A DNA stretch of 50,559 bases from Promethearchaeota archaeon (GTDB lineage: Archaea; Asgardarchaeota; Lokiarchaeia; Sigyniarchaeales; SOKP01), in assembly GCA_048941015.1 (NCBI GenBank), contig JBHLNZ010000017.1, forward strand, positions 1 through 50,559. Reading direction: 5' to 3'. Shown one piece after another: positions 28,088 through 38,208 of this stretch (the first letter of the stretch is position 1; every line of letters starts with the position of its first letter). The notes under the pieces were generated by a model. It had not been told where the DNA came from. It searched no databases and worked only from the letters and a program-made list of their open reading frames with translations. The position numbers and the translations under genes are program-made.

Positions 28088-29593
28088 TTAAATTTTATAG
28101 ATCGGGTAAAATTTACTTTGTATGTATTTAATATAGTAGTCAGGATTTAATTCCTCACCTGAAATTCTCTTAATCAAATCATTAGTCTCATAGATTTTTC
28201 CATATTGATGAATATTTTCTCTTAAAAATGTTAAAAGCCTAGAAAATTCTCCTTTTCTATAATCATCCGGAAGATCAGGCACCTTTTTCAAAATAGTAGA
28301 ATAGATTTGAGCAGCATAAAGGTTCCCTAATTGATAGGTGGGAAAATATCCAATAGCTCCCATTGACCAATGTATATCTTGTAAAACTCCTTCTTGATCA
28401 TTTGCTGGAGTAATTCCTAGCAAATCATGCATCTTAGAATTCCATATTTGAGGTAGTTCGTTTACTTGGATCTTTCCATCTATAAGATCTCTCTCAATTT
28501 CAAATCTTAAAATGATATGCAATCCATAAGTGACCTCATCGGCATTTACTCGTATAAAAGATGGCTGTACTGTATTAACAGCACGATAAAATTCTTCCAT
28601 TGGATAATTTTTAAGGATTTCTGGGAAGTATTTTTGAAAAGAAGGATAAAAATATTCCCAAAATTCCTTACTACGCCCGACAAAATTTTCCCACATTCTA
28701 GATTGTGATTCATGTATCCCCATTGAACACCCATCAGCTAATATTGTATCGTGAATGTCTTTTCTATAGCCCATTTCATACAAGGCATGCCCACATTCAT
28801 GGATAGTTCCAAAAATGCACTCATTAAGAAAATCTTCTTTTGTTCTGGTTGTAATTCGAGTATCCATCGATGATAAAGTTGTAGTAAAAGGGTGTGTTGA
28901 TAAATCTTGCCTCCCTTGATTTAAATCAAAATTAAGCTTTTTTATTATTTCAAAGCTCAGTTTAAACTGTAGGTCTTGGTTATACTTTTTTTTGAGAATA
29001 GAATCGTCTGGTTTAAAAGATGAATTACTTAATTTCTTTACTATCTCTATTAAAGTGGGCCGAAATCGATTAAAAGTTTTTGTAATCCAATCCTTAGTCG
29101 CTCCAGGCTCGAATTCATCAATTAGGCTAGAATAATTATCGGGACCAATATCCAAGTATTTTGCTTTTCTCAACTGAAGGTCGACAGTTTTTTTAAGTAA
29201 AGACTCAAAAAGCTTGAAATTATTAGTATCTTTAGCTTTTTGCCAAACTTGTCCTGCTTCAGATGCTGTTTTTGATATTTCGGCAACCAATTCTTCAGGT
29301 AATTTTGTATTACGCTCATATTCTCTCCTAGCTTCTCTTATTAACGCTTTATCAATTAATGTTAAATCTTTTTGTTTTTCCGCTTCAGCAATTAGTTTGC
29401 CTATTTTTTCTGAAGTTATTCTTCTATGAATTAACGTACTGATAAGTTGTCTTTGATACGCTCTACCAGTAACATCGGTATATTTCCTCATATTTACTTC
29501 TTGATCCCACTCTAAAAGTCGGGAAATATAACTTAACCTGGTTATTTCGGTAAAATATTCCTTTAATTCTTTTATAGCATTCATAACATTCAA
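28088..29593 (-). CDS. Carboxypeptidase Taq (M32) family
   Basis: HPF, RITTR, HECGHALYE, HESQSR, IRVNADE, QDIHW, GYFPTY.LG. Confidence 0.97.
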   Translation of the reverse strand: MNVMNAIKELKEYFTEITRLSYISRLLEWDQEVNMRKYTDVTGRAYQRQLISTLIHRRITSEKIGKLIAEAEKQKDLTLIDKALIREARREYERNTKLPEELVAEISKTASEAGQVWQKAKDTNNFKLFESLLKKTVDLQLRKAKYLDIGPDNYSSLIDEFEPGATKDWITKTFNRFRPTLIEIVKKLSNSSFKPDDSILKKKYNQDLQFKLSFEIIKKLNFDLNQGRQDLSTHPFTTTLSSMDTRITTRTKEDFLNECIFGTIHECGHALYEMGYRKDIHDTILADGCSMGIHESQSRMWENFVGRSKEFWEYFYPSFQKYFPEILKNYPMEEFYRAVNTVQPSFIRVNADEVTYGLHIILRFEIERDLIDGKIQVNELPQIWNSKMHDLLGITPANDQEGVLQDIHWSMGAIGYFPTYQLGNLYAAQIYSTILKKVPDLPDDYRKGEFSRLLTFLRENIHQYGKIYETNDLIKRISGEELNPDYYIKYIQSKFYPIYKI

Positions 29594-29855
29594 AAAAGTA
29601 ATTTTATGTAATCAAATTTATAAAAATTTAAGTATATAAGTACAAAAAAATCTTGCTCTTTTTTGGATAATAGATTTTAAATCTTAGCAAATGAATATCA
29701 TATTCTTTAAAAAAATGGATATCAAAATTGAAAAAATAAATTATTATTCGTTTAATCACTTATTAAATTTGGATTTATTTAATTAAGTTTTTTAATTTGG
29801 TTGAGTAATAAATTATTAATAGAAATTCTCTTTTTAATTTAGGAGTGATTCTTGA

Positions 29856-30188
29856 GTGGCATTGAACATAGAAGATTGGATATTCATAGTATATTTCTTT
29901 ATATTAATTATTACATCGATAATCTTAGTTATATATATCAAAAAAGATTATAGAAAAATCTTAATATCAATTTTAATCTTATCTATTCTAATTCCGTTCA
30001 ATTTAATCGTTCAAGACCTTTTTTTAAATTTAATAAGTTTAGTTGTTATTATTTCTAACCTTGGTGTTTCTTTATTCATAATATTCCGCCCTCTTTTTTT
30101 AGTTAAAGAAGAAAAAACTATTTTTTTAGATGTTAAAAAGAAGTTAGATGAGAATTTAGAAGGAAATAAAGAGGTAGGAGATGATTAA
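29856..30188 (+). CDS. Small membrane protein (about 3 TMs)
   Basis: AGGAGTGA Shine-Dalgarno motif; hydrophobic; overlaps the next gene. Confidence 0.7.
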   Translation: MALNIEDWIFIVYFFILIITSIILVIYIKKDYRKILISILILSILIPFNLIVQDLFLNLISLVVIISNLGVSLFIIFRPLFLVKEEKTIFLDVKKKLDENLEGNKEVGDD

Positions 30189-31698
30189 AATGAGTTTTTC
30201 GATTTCTTCTATTACTATTTTTATTCAAATCTTACTATTACCTTTTATTGCTGTTTTAAACTTACTTATCAATAAAAAATGTAAAAGGAAAAATATAAAC
30301 TTCTATTCTATATTACTAGCTCTCGTCTTGAACAATGCTGTTTGGATTCCTCATATTATCAATGATATTAATAAAGAAATTACAATTTTCAGTATTTCTA
30401 ATGGAACATTTATTATAATTGATTTAATTTATTTCTTGGGGCTTATATTATTAATATTTTCAAAAAACGAATTTGATGAATTCGAATCTGATAAGATTTC
30501 TGATTGTCTATTATTAATTATTATATCAAATTTTATTGGAATGATTGTGACTCTAAATTTAATTGCACTTATCTCTTGTTTTTTAACAATAACAATCTTG
30601 TTAGGTATTATTTTTTTTACGGGAGAATATAAAAAGGAATTTAACATTCTCAAATTTTATTTTATAAGTATTATTTTTATCGTGATATTTTTAGCTTTTT
30701 CAATCATAATTATCTTTTTTGAGTCTAATACATTATTATTAAATGAAATTGATAGTTTTCAATTATCTGAGATATCCAATATTTTGATTTCACTTTTTTT
30801 AATTTTAGGGATAAGTATACCTTTTGGAATTTTACCTTTTTCTATCTATCACTTAAGAAATTATTTTCAAAATTGCTCATATACACACTTGTTTCTATAT
30901 TCTCTTTTTAATTATATTTCGATGTTTTCATTAATTAGAATCCTCAAATTGTTTACTTTCTCATTGATTTTTAATGGATTTATTATATTCTCTTTATCTT
31001 CCGTTAGTCTAATAATTTCTCTTTTTTATATTATAACAGAGTTATTCACAAATTTTGATGGAAAAACATATTCTATCAAGAAAATATTTGGTTATTCAAT
31101 AATGAGTGATTATAATTTGTTTCTTTTATTATTCTCAATTCTTTCATTTATGAACATAGAAAATAATACTTTTTATTTTGAAAGTTTAATTTTTTTTATG
31201 TTTATTAACATGTTTAGTAAATTCCTTGTTTTTTATACGCTTTATCCGGTCACGCTTGAGACTTATGAAGATAATCTAAGAATTTTAGGAGATTTTTGGA
31301 AGAAATACAAACTTTTTGGGATAGCATTATTTATTTCAGGTATATGCTTTATAGTTCCTTTAGGTCTAAGTGGAATATTCAATTTATTATATATTAATAT
31401 TTTAAATGAGTTTAATATGAATTCATTGTTAAAATTGATTGGAACTCTTACATTTTCATTGTTTATGCTCTATTTATTCACCTCTTTAACTTTTATCTCA
31501 ACATTTTTTACCAGAATATATTTTAAGAATAATGTAGAATACTTAGAGCGAAAAAATATTAAAGAGATGAGTATTAATTACTTTTTCCCTATTCTAGTTT
31601 TCTATGCTCTAATAATAACTTATATTATCGTATTTGTTCTTAATAATAATATCCTTTTTGAATTATTTAGAGATTTCTTTATTATAGCCGAACTATAA
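30181..31698 (+). CDS. Multi-pass membrane protein resembling a degenerate MrpD/NuoN-type antiporter subunit
   Basis: About 14 TMs; ILKFYF, PFGILPFSIYH, SIKKIFGYS, PLGLSG echo antiporter-subunit motifs. Confidence 0.55.
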   Translation: MIKMSFSISSITIFIQILLLPFIAVLNLLINKKCKRKNINFYSILLALVLNNAVWIPHIINDINKEITIFSISNGTFIIIDLIYFLGLILLIFSKNEFDEFESDKISDCLLLIIISNFIGMIVTLNLIALISCFLTITILLGIIFFTGEYKKEFNILKFYFISIIFIVIFLAFSIIIIFFESNTLLLNEIDSFQLSEISNILISLFLILGISIPFGILPFSIYHLRNYFQNCSYTHLFLYSLFNYISMFSLIRILKLFTFSLIFNGFIIFSLSSVSLIISLFYIITELFTNFDGKTYSIKKIFGYSIMSDYNLFLLLFSILSFMNIENNTFYFESLIFFMFINMFSKFLVFYTLYPVTLETYEDNLRILGDFWKKYKLFGIALFISGICFIVPLGLSGIFNLLYINILNEFNMNSLLKLIGTLTFSLFMLYLFTSLTFISTFFTRIYFKNNVEYLERKNIKEMSINYFFPILVFYALIITYIIVFVLNNNILFELFRDFFIIAEL

Positions 31699-31713
31699 AT
31701 ATAAAAGTAATGA

Positions 31714-33207
31714 TTATAGCTTTTCTTGCTTGACAAAAATTTCTGCTGCCATTTCGATATCTTCTATTGATAACGGCCTACCTAATGTACTTTGCAATTC
31801 TGATATTAATTGTTCACATAATTTAATGCTTAATGAACTTCCCTTTCTTTCAATTGATTTTTGTAATTCTTTCGAGAATTCCATTTCAATTAGCCTTTCT
31901 TGAGGCGCTGGACGTTTTGCATGAGGAACAACAAAATCAACCTTTATATCACTTGGTTTTAATTTACTCTTTACAGATTCTGGAGCTTTATCTTCTTTCT
32001 TAAATAATGTGAGATCTTCAGCTTTCTCACTAGTTGCTATTGCCTCTTTTTCTTCAGAAAAGATTCTTGGAGCTTCAAATTTCACTTGATCTTTTACTAT
32101 TTCTTTTGGAAGTGGTTTTACTTCAATTGTTTTAGTAAATTTAATTCTTTCAGGTACTTGAAACTTTTTTCTACTTTCTTCAATTTTTCTTAATTTATTT
32201 TGCTCATTTACTTTTTTTTGAAGTTCATCCAATTTTTGTTTGAAAGAGTTAATATATGTAAAATCTTGGTATTCATTACATATTTTTATTAATTCTTTAT
32301 ATTTTGAAATTGATAAAACTAGATTTCCTTCGACAAAGAGATCTTCTGCTTCTTTTTTAAGGTTTTCAAAGTTGTCCGGGAGAGGTTTTCTCAATTCTAA
32401 TGCTCTAGAAATTATTTGATTAATCTTCTCTTTGGCATCAGGTTCAGTTAAAGAAATTTCCTCAAAAAAAGTTACATTTAATTCATTTTTCACTAATTTT
32501 ATGTCTTCATCAGAAACTAAATCACGTTTATTTCCAATAATTATTAATTTAGAAAGTTTATTTTCTTGTTTTTGTAAATTTATAAAATGATTTAAGACTT
32601 TTAGATGATAATTAGAAAGATCAAATAAAAGAATAACAAGATCAGAACCTTTAATAAATTTAGACCATAATAATGAAAAATTATCTTTTAATTGGAAATC
32701 CCATAAATCAAAAGATAGTTTATCGATTACATATTTTGAAGATAAAGCAAAATTCATAATAGGTTTCTCTCCATCAGATTTTAGTAAGTTAAATAGTTGA
32801 GTTTTACCAGAGTTATTTGGGCCTATTATAGCAATTTTTGAATGTAATTCAAGTTGAAAATTTTCTAATGAATTTAAGAAATCTTTATTAAGATTGAGTT
32901 GATCAATTTTTTCAAGAGAAGGAAATAGTTCTTTAAATGTATCCATTGTTTTTTTTATTATAGATTCAACATAATCAATGTTATCCACAAAATCGGTTAC
33001 AAATAGAAATAACGTATCTTCTGTAGATCTATAAAATAATTGATAATCTGAAGTTGGTCTTTGAAATGTTTTACCAGGTATAGGCATGTCTATATAAGAT
33101 TGAATGATTTTTTTTACATTTGTTAAATCTTCGTCTCTAAATGCCAATGCATAAGAATAGTTAAAAATATGTTCTCCATTATGAAAAATGTGAATTTGCC
33201 TTAACAT
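31714..33207 (-). CDS. Longin-like domain + degenerate Arf-like GTPase + helical C-terminus
   Basis: N-terminal MLRQIHIF..G..IF...LFLFVTD longin-like pattern; GPNNSGKT, LWD, LW..F, LFDLS, IGNKRDL. Confidence 0.75.
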   Translation of the reverse strand: MLRQIHIFHNGEHIFNYSYALAFRDEDLTNVKKIIQSYIDMPIPGKTFQRPTSDYQLFYRSTEDTLFLFVTDFVDNIDYVESIIKKTMDTFKELFPSLEKIDQLNLNKDFLNSLENFQLELHSKIAIIGPNNSGKTQLFNLLKSDGEKPIMNFALSSKYVIDKLSFDLWDFQLKDNFSLLWSKFIKGSDLVILLFDLSNYHLKVLNHFINLQKQENKLSKLIIIGNKRDLVSDEDIKLVKNELNVTFFEEISLTEPDAKEKINQIISRALELRKPLPDNFENLKKEAEDLFVEGNLVLSISKYKELIKICNEYQDFTYINSFKQKLDELQKKVNEQNKLRKIEESRKKFQVPERIKFTKTIEVKPLPKEIVKDQVKFEAPRIFSEEKEAIATSEKAEDLTLFKKEDKAPESVKSKLKPSDIKVDFVVPHAKRPAPQERLIEMEFSKELQKSIERKGSSLSIKLCEQLISELQSTLGRPLSIEDIEMAAEIFVKQEKL

Positions 33208-33417
33208 ATTTGTATATTCTTTCTTTTTTTAAGGATATCTTTATATATACTTAATAAAAATATAAATGATACTTATTAATATATTTTGCAATTCAATTAA
33301 ATTTACTTCCATATATTCATTAATCTAATTGAAATATTATGCATAATTTAAGTTTAAATAATAATTATTATTGAAAACAAAGAATTTAAGATCAAAAAAT
33401 AATTTAGCAAAGATAAA

Positions 33418-34347
33418 ATGCCTTTAGACGCTGAACATATTTCAAGATTTTTGGATGATGAGCATGAACCTAAATTCATATCAGAATTATTAGATCTACT
33501 TAAGGAGAGAATTGATATATTATGCTTTAGAGAATGTCAAACGGATAGAGTAGCTTGTACATTACAACCCAGGTGTTCCCGTAGATTTTTATTAAAGCTA
33601 CGCTTATTAAATAATTTAACAATCGAAGATCAACCAAAATTTTGTTATAGTGTTCATAAAAATGTAATCCAAAGAGATTTTCGTAATAAAACGGTCATTT
33701 ATAGACCATTTGATTCATATTTATATTTAATAGATTTTTTAGATGTTTTCTTCCATGGAGACTATAGGCAACTGAACAAATTTCTAACAAAAAAAGATTT
33801 TAAAGAGATCATGAAAATTTTTGATGATAGAATCAATAATCGAGGAGAAGATTTTCAATATCATTTAACAAAAGATAAAAGTTATATTATATTTAAATTT
33901 GATGACAAAATTCATGTTATTTTTATAAATGAGAACTACGCATTATGTAATGCTAATAGAGATTATGTAAAAAACTTAGAAATTATGAAGGGTTTATGTG
34001 ATATGTTTTCATCACTTTATTTCCCAGAAGTCGAAAGAACTTTAATATCAGGAGATCATGTTGAATTGAAAACTTACTTTCCTAAGGATGTTTTACTGGA
34101 AATTAGTGAAAAACCTCCAGAAAATGATGATGCAAAAAGAGACAATTATATTTGGAATACTTTTGCAAATGATTTAGATGCTTTAAGTCAATTCTGTAAA
34201 GAAGTCAACCTTTATATTGATAAAAAAGGGAATTTAAAAATTAAACTGCATTTAGGATTAAAGCCTTTGATAAGATATCGAGATTTAAGGTTAATTTTTA
34301 ATATTATATTTCGCCTATATAATGATTTTTATATAATTTGGGTATAA
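33418..34347 (+). CDS. Hypothetical protein with N-terminal Cys cluster
   Basis: CFREC......C.....C...C...H; no family recognised. Confidence 0.7.
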   Translation: MPLDAEHISRFLDDEHEPKFISELLDLLKERIDILCFRECQTDRVACTLQPRCSRRFLLKLRLLNNLTIEDQPKFCYSVHKNVIQRDFRNKTVIYRPFDSYLYLIDFLDVFFHGDYRQLNKFLTKKDFKEIMKIFDDRINNRGEDFQYHLTKDKSYIIFKFDDKIHVIFINENYALCNANRDYVKNLEIMKGLCDMFSSLYFPEVERTLISGDHVELKTYFPKDVLLEISEKPPENDDAKRDNYIWNTFANDLDALSQFCKEVNLYIDKKGNLKIKLHLGLKPLIRYRDLRLIFNIIFRLYNDFYIIWV

Positions 34348-34392
34348 AAAATAAAATTGATAATTTAATAAAATAAAATTAGGTATTAAAAA

Positions 34393-35613
34393 ATGAGTGA
34401 GAAGGGTCAAGTAAATCCAGAAATAGAAAAGATAAAAGATTTTGTGAATGATAAAAGATTAGATGACGCTGTAAAAATAATAGCACTATATCTTGGTGAT
34501 GCTAATGATAATAATTATCTAAATAGATTAGAAGATGTGATAGAAACATTATTAAATTTACACGGAGGTCACACAGTTATTAAATCTTTAATTGAGAAGC
34601 TGATTATAGATCTCCCCTCATTACTTGAAAATTTATCTAAGAGAGATTCGGTATTAAGATATTCCTTTCTACTATTACTTAAATCAATTTGTGAGACTGA
34701 ATGTAATTTATTTCTTCCATTTAGTGAGGAATTATTAAATTCTGAAGATCCTAATGTTCGTGAAGCGTATCTACAGTTAATTATATTCATGGCAAGTGGT
34801 GAACAATCAGTTGATGACGAATCCTTAATTAAAACAATTTCTTTAAAACTAGATGATCCTAAAGAGTTTGTAGTCGAAAAAGCTGTACAAGCATTAAAAA
34901 CGATTGGTAAAAATAATCCTTCTTTAATTACCCGAATAATAACAAATAAAGCTAAAGAGGATCCTGAAAACGAAAGATTAACAAATGTAGTTGATAGTAT
35001 ATTAAAAGCCATCGTCTCGGTAGAAAAAATTGATGAGATCGTAGAAGAAGAGAACGAAGAAGAAGTTTTAGAAAAACAAGAAGAAGAAATAAAAGACAAA
35101 GAAATTGAATTAAAGAAAAAAGAAATTGAAATTAAAAAGAAAAAACTGGAATTAGAAGAAAAAGAAAAGCAATTGGAAGAGAAATTAATTCAAGAAAAAG
35201 AAAAAACACTAAAGGAAAAAGAAGAACTAATTGCACAAGAAATTAAAATACCAAAAGAAATTCCCGTAGAAGATTTACCTAAAAAGGTAAAAAAGATTAT
35301 TAAGAAAGAAGAAGAAGAAATTTTAGATAAAGAATTCGAGTTAAAAAAGAAAGATTTAGAAATTAAAAAGAAAAAGTTAGATTTGGAATTAAAAGAAAAA
35401 GAATTAGAAGAAATCCAAATTCAGGAAAAAGAGAAAGCATTAAAAATAAAAGAGGAATTATTGGCTAAAGAAAGTGAATTGTCTCAGGTCGAAATTGAAC
35501 TAACCCAGAAAAAAATTGAAGAAAAAGAGCAAAAATTGCGGGAAGAAGAACAAAAAAGAGCTGAAGATAAACTAAAAGACATTGAAAAAAAAGTTGATGA
35601 AGAAAAAAAATAG
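34393..35613 (+). CDS. HEAT-repeat protein with E/K-rich coiled-coil tail
   Basis: LLNSEDPNVREA, LDDPKEFVVEKAVQALKTIG; about 190 aa E/K-rich tail. Confidence 0.8.
   Translation: MSEKGQVNPEIEKIKDFVNDKRLDDAVKIIALYLGDANDNNYLNRLEDVIETLLNLHGGHTVIKSLIEKLIIDLPSLLENLSKRDSVLRYSFLLLLKSICETECNLFLPFSEELLNSEDPNVREAYLQLIIFMASGEQSVDDESLIKTISLKLDDPKEFVVEKAVQALKTIGKNNPSLITRIITNKAKEDPENERLTNVVDSILKAIVSVEKIDEIVEEENEEEVLEKQEEEIKDKEIELKKKEIEIKKKKLELEEKEKQLEEKLIQEKEKTLKEKEELIAQEIKIPKEIPVEDLPKKVKKIIKKEEEEILDKEFELKKKDLEIKKKKLDLELKEKELEEIQIQEKEKALKIKEELLAKESELSQVEIELTQKKIEEKEQKLREEEQKRAEDKLKDIEKKVDEEKK
35080..35472 (+). repeat. Internal duplication of ~54 aa in the coiled-coil tail (period 231 nt)
   Basis: EEEIKDKEIELKKKEIEIKKKKLELEEKEKQLEE..IQEKEK.LK.KEEL vs EEEILDKEFELKKKDLEIKKKKLDLELKEKELEE..IQEKEK.LK.KEEL. 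Confidence 0.85.
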
Positions 35614-35718
35614 GATGTTCTAAATTATAAATACTAATTATTTTAAATATATTTATATGAACCCAGATTTTTCTTTAGCTTACTTTTTTAGGGTTTATTA
35701 AAGAAAAGTTGATGAATA

Positions 35719-38208
35719 GTGATTAAACCTACAATATCAAAAGAAGATATTTTAGCGCTTGAGAGAATTTTAGAATTAGTATTATCCTTTTATAATAAAA
35801 ATCTCATTAGAAAATCTAAATATGATTTTAATAAACTTAAAAACAAAATAAAAAAACTAAAAGAAGCTAATAGTGAAGATTACACTGAAGCAAACAAAAA
35901 TTTATTCATGCAAGTATTAAATAAATTAGAATTAATAATAAAGCGAGATTGTGTTTCAAACATCTTTTTTCTTATTGGAGGACATGGAGGAATAATTATT
36001 AGTGATATCTCATATTGTGAGTTTGATTATCCTCTTTATACTTTTGATCAATTATTAATGAATTTAGAGTTGGCTTCAGAAAATCATATCCCTTACCATC
36101 TAGAAATAGCTATTTGTTGTTTAGAATACTTAAGTGAAAAATTTCCAGAAAAATTTTCAAAATTTCTAAGTTTGTTAAAGAAGAATCGCTTTGAAATCAT
36201 TAATCCTACCTACTCGCAACCTTATAATTTAATTATAGGTCCCGAATCAAATATAAAACAATTTGAATATGGTTTAAAAATTTTAAAAAAATTTGGCTTA
36301 AAAAATAATATCTATTATTGCACTGAAGTATCATATCATCCCCAAATCCCTCAAATTCTTAAAAGTTATAATATTAACTATACTTCTCTTAGGACTCGAA
36401 TATTTGGTACATGTCCAAGCTCCCATTCAGGATTGATAAATTGGATTGGCTTAGATGATACAAAAATAAAAACGATTACGGATCAATCAGGGCTTTATAA
36501 TGGAGAATATTGGCATAGAGCATTTTATCAAGAGATACCTAATTTATTATTTCAAGCAGTTTCGCGGCCTTTTATGAGATATATTATATATTCTTCAATT
36601 GAAGATTGTGTTAATCCATTGCCACTCCAAGAAGACATTTGGCGGATTTCAAAGTTTTCTGAATTATTTGGAAAATTTGTTTCATTTTCAGAATTAATCA
36701 ACATGATACATCTTGATGGTGAATTCAAATATAAACGAGATGATTTCTATTTAGGAAATGAAATTTTCAATCAAACTGATTTATTTCGATATAATAAAAA
36801 ATGTGAAACAGCATTAATAAATGCTGAAATAATAAACACTGTTTTAGGATTATTTGAAAGGAATCTAAATGACAACTTTTTTGAGCAATCATGGTCTGAA
36901 CTTTTGCAAACTCAAGCACATGATAATTATGCTGTTCCATTTATACAAACCGGAGGTTATTCTGCACAGCATCTAACTAGAGAAGATTATAACAAATTAA
37001 ATCAAAGTAATAATAGAATTCCAATTTCAGAGCTAAGTATTTCTATTCAAAAAAGAATAATTAAAAATTGTAAGAAATTTATTGAAAAAAGCCTAACAAA
37101 AATTTCCAATTTTCTTAAATTAAATCCTAAAGATCAAAATAAACAAATGATTGACTTGTTCATTTTTAATCCAACAATTTATCAAAGGAAAGATATTGTA
37201 GAGATCGCTTTAGTTTTAGAAGATCCTTCAAATTATACTCTTTTGAATAATAGAAATGAAAAAGTTAATTTCACCTATTATAATTCTTTGTTAAAGTTCA
37301 TTCCAGAGGTACCGTCAATTGGATATTCAGTCTATTCATTAATCCGAAATAATAAAAAAAATGCTGAATTCAATTTGAATTTTTTATATAGTATTAAAAT
37401 TTCAGAAGATCACCAAAATATAGAGATATTTTATGAAAAATCAAAGGTTTATGTATTAAAATTTAATGCTATTCAAGATTATATTCTAAGGGAATTAAAA
37501 CAAGAAAAAAATTCAGTTGAAAATAAAATATTTATTGAAGGTAAATTTAAAAGTTCAATATTTAACCTCGAGATAACTCAATATAATAATGTAAATAGAA
37601 TTGAGATTCAAATTCACGCTGATAAAATAAAAGAAGTTATCTTAATTCCATCTTTTCAAATTTCAAAGTCATTTATTAATTACCCTTTTGGAATTGAAGA
37701 AACTAAGAGATCTCAGATTCAAACATTAGATTTCTTATGGTTGAAAGGAACAGAAAAAAGTATTATATATTTACAAAGGAATAGTCAGCAATTTTTTATC
37801 GATCGTGAAAAATTTATTGTTAAAAACATTATTAAGAAAAAAGGAGATTACGAAATTTCAATATCAGTTATTAATGATAATACTTTTTATTCCGCTTATA
37901 GAGAAGTTTACTTATATAATTTTAAATTATTAGGATTTCATATCGATGGTTCTTATCATTATGTTAATGAAACAAATTCTTTTTTCTCAATAGAAAGACC
38001 TATTGTTTTTACAAACCTTTGGAGACGTTCTGGCAATAACTATGTAAGGATAATAAATCCTGATCTTAAAAGAAATATTGTTAAATTGACGGGTAAATTG
38101 ATAAAATCACCGAAAAAGTTACTAGATTTTAATTATAATGTTATAGAGAAATTTGACAATGAAAAATCGCAAATAGATCCATGGAAGATTCAAACTTATA
38201 CCTTTTAA
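35719..38208 (+). CDS. Divergent glycoside hydrolase family 38/57-like protein
   Basis: YSQP....GPESNIKQ..YG, QIPQIL, WIGLDDT, QAHD, IFNP....RKDIV, VPSIGY, PWKIQT resemble GH38 architecture. Confidence 0.65.
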   Translation: MIKPTISKEDILALERILELVLSFYNKNLIRKSKYDFNKLKNKIKKLKEANSEDYTEANKNLFMQVLNKLELIIKRDCVSNIFFLIGGHGGIIISDISYCEFDYPLYTFDQLLMNLELASENHIPYHLEIAICCLEYLSEKFPEKFSKFLSLLKKNRFEIINPTYSQPYNLIIGPESNIKQFEYGLKILKKFGLKNNIYYCTEVSYHPQIPQILKSYNINYTSLRTRIFGTCPSSHSGLINWIGLDDTKIKTITDQSGLYNGEYWHRAFYQEIPNLLFQAVSRPFMRYIIYSSIEDCVNPLPLQEDIWRISKFSELFGKFVSFSELINMIHLDGEFKYKRDDFYLGNEIFNQTDLFRYNKKCETALINAEIINTVLGLFERNLNDNFFEQSWSELLQTQAHDNYAVPFIQTGGYSAQHLTREDYNKLNQSNNRIPISELSISIQKRIIKNCKKFIEKSLTKISNFLKLNPKDQNKQMIDLFIFNPTIYQRKDIVEIALVLEDPSNYTLLNNRNEKVNFTYYNSLLKFIPEVPSIGYSVYSLIRNNKKNAEFNLNFLYSIKISEDHQNIEIFYEKSKVYVLKFNAIQDYILRELKQEKNSVENKIFIEGKFKSSIFNLEITQYNNVNRIEIQIHADKIKEVILIPSFQISKSFINYPFGIEETKRSQIQTLDFLWLKGTEKSIIYLQRNSQQFFIDREKFIVKNIIKKKGDYEISISVINDNTFYSAYREVYLYNFKLLGFHIDGSYHYVNETNSFFSIERPIVFTNLWRRSGNNYVRIINPDLKRNIVKLTGKLIKSPKKLLDFNYNVIEKFDNEKSQIDPWKIQTYTF

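Noticed and set aside
35040-35610. CRISPR or DNA tandem repeat in the GAA/AAA-rich tract
   Set aside because: Fully explained by Glu/Lys codons of the coiled coil; no constant repeat-spacer structure.
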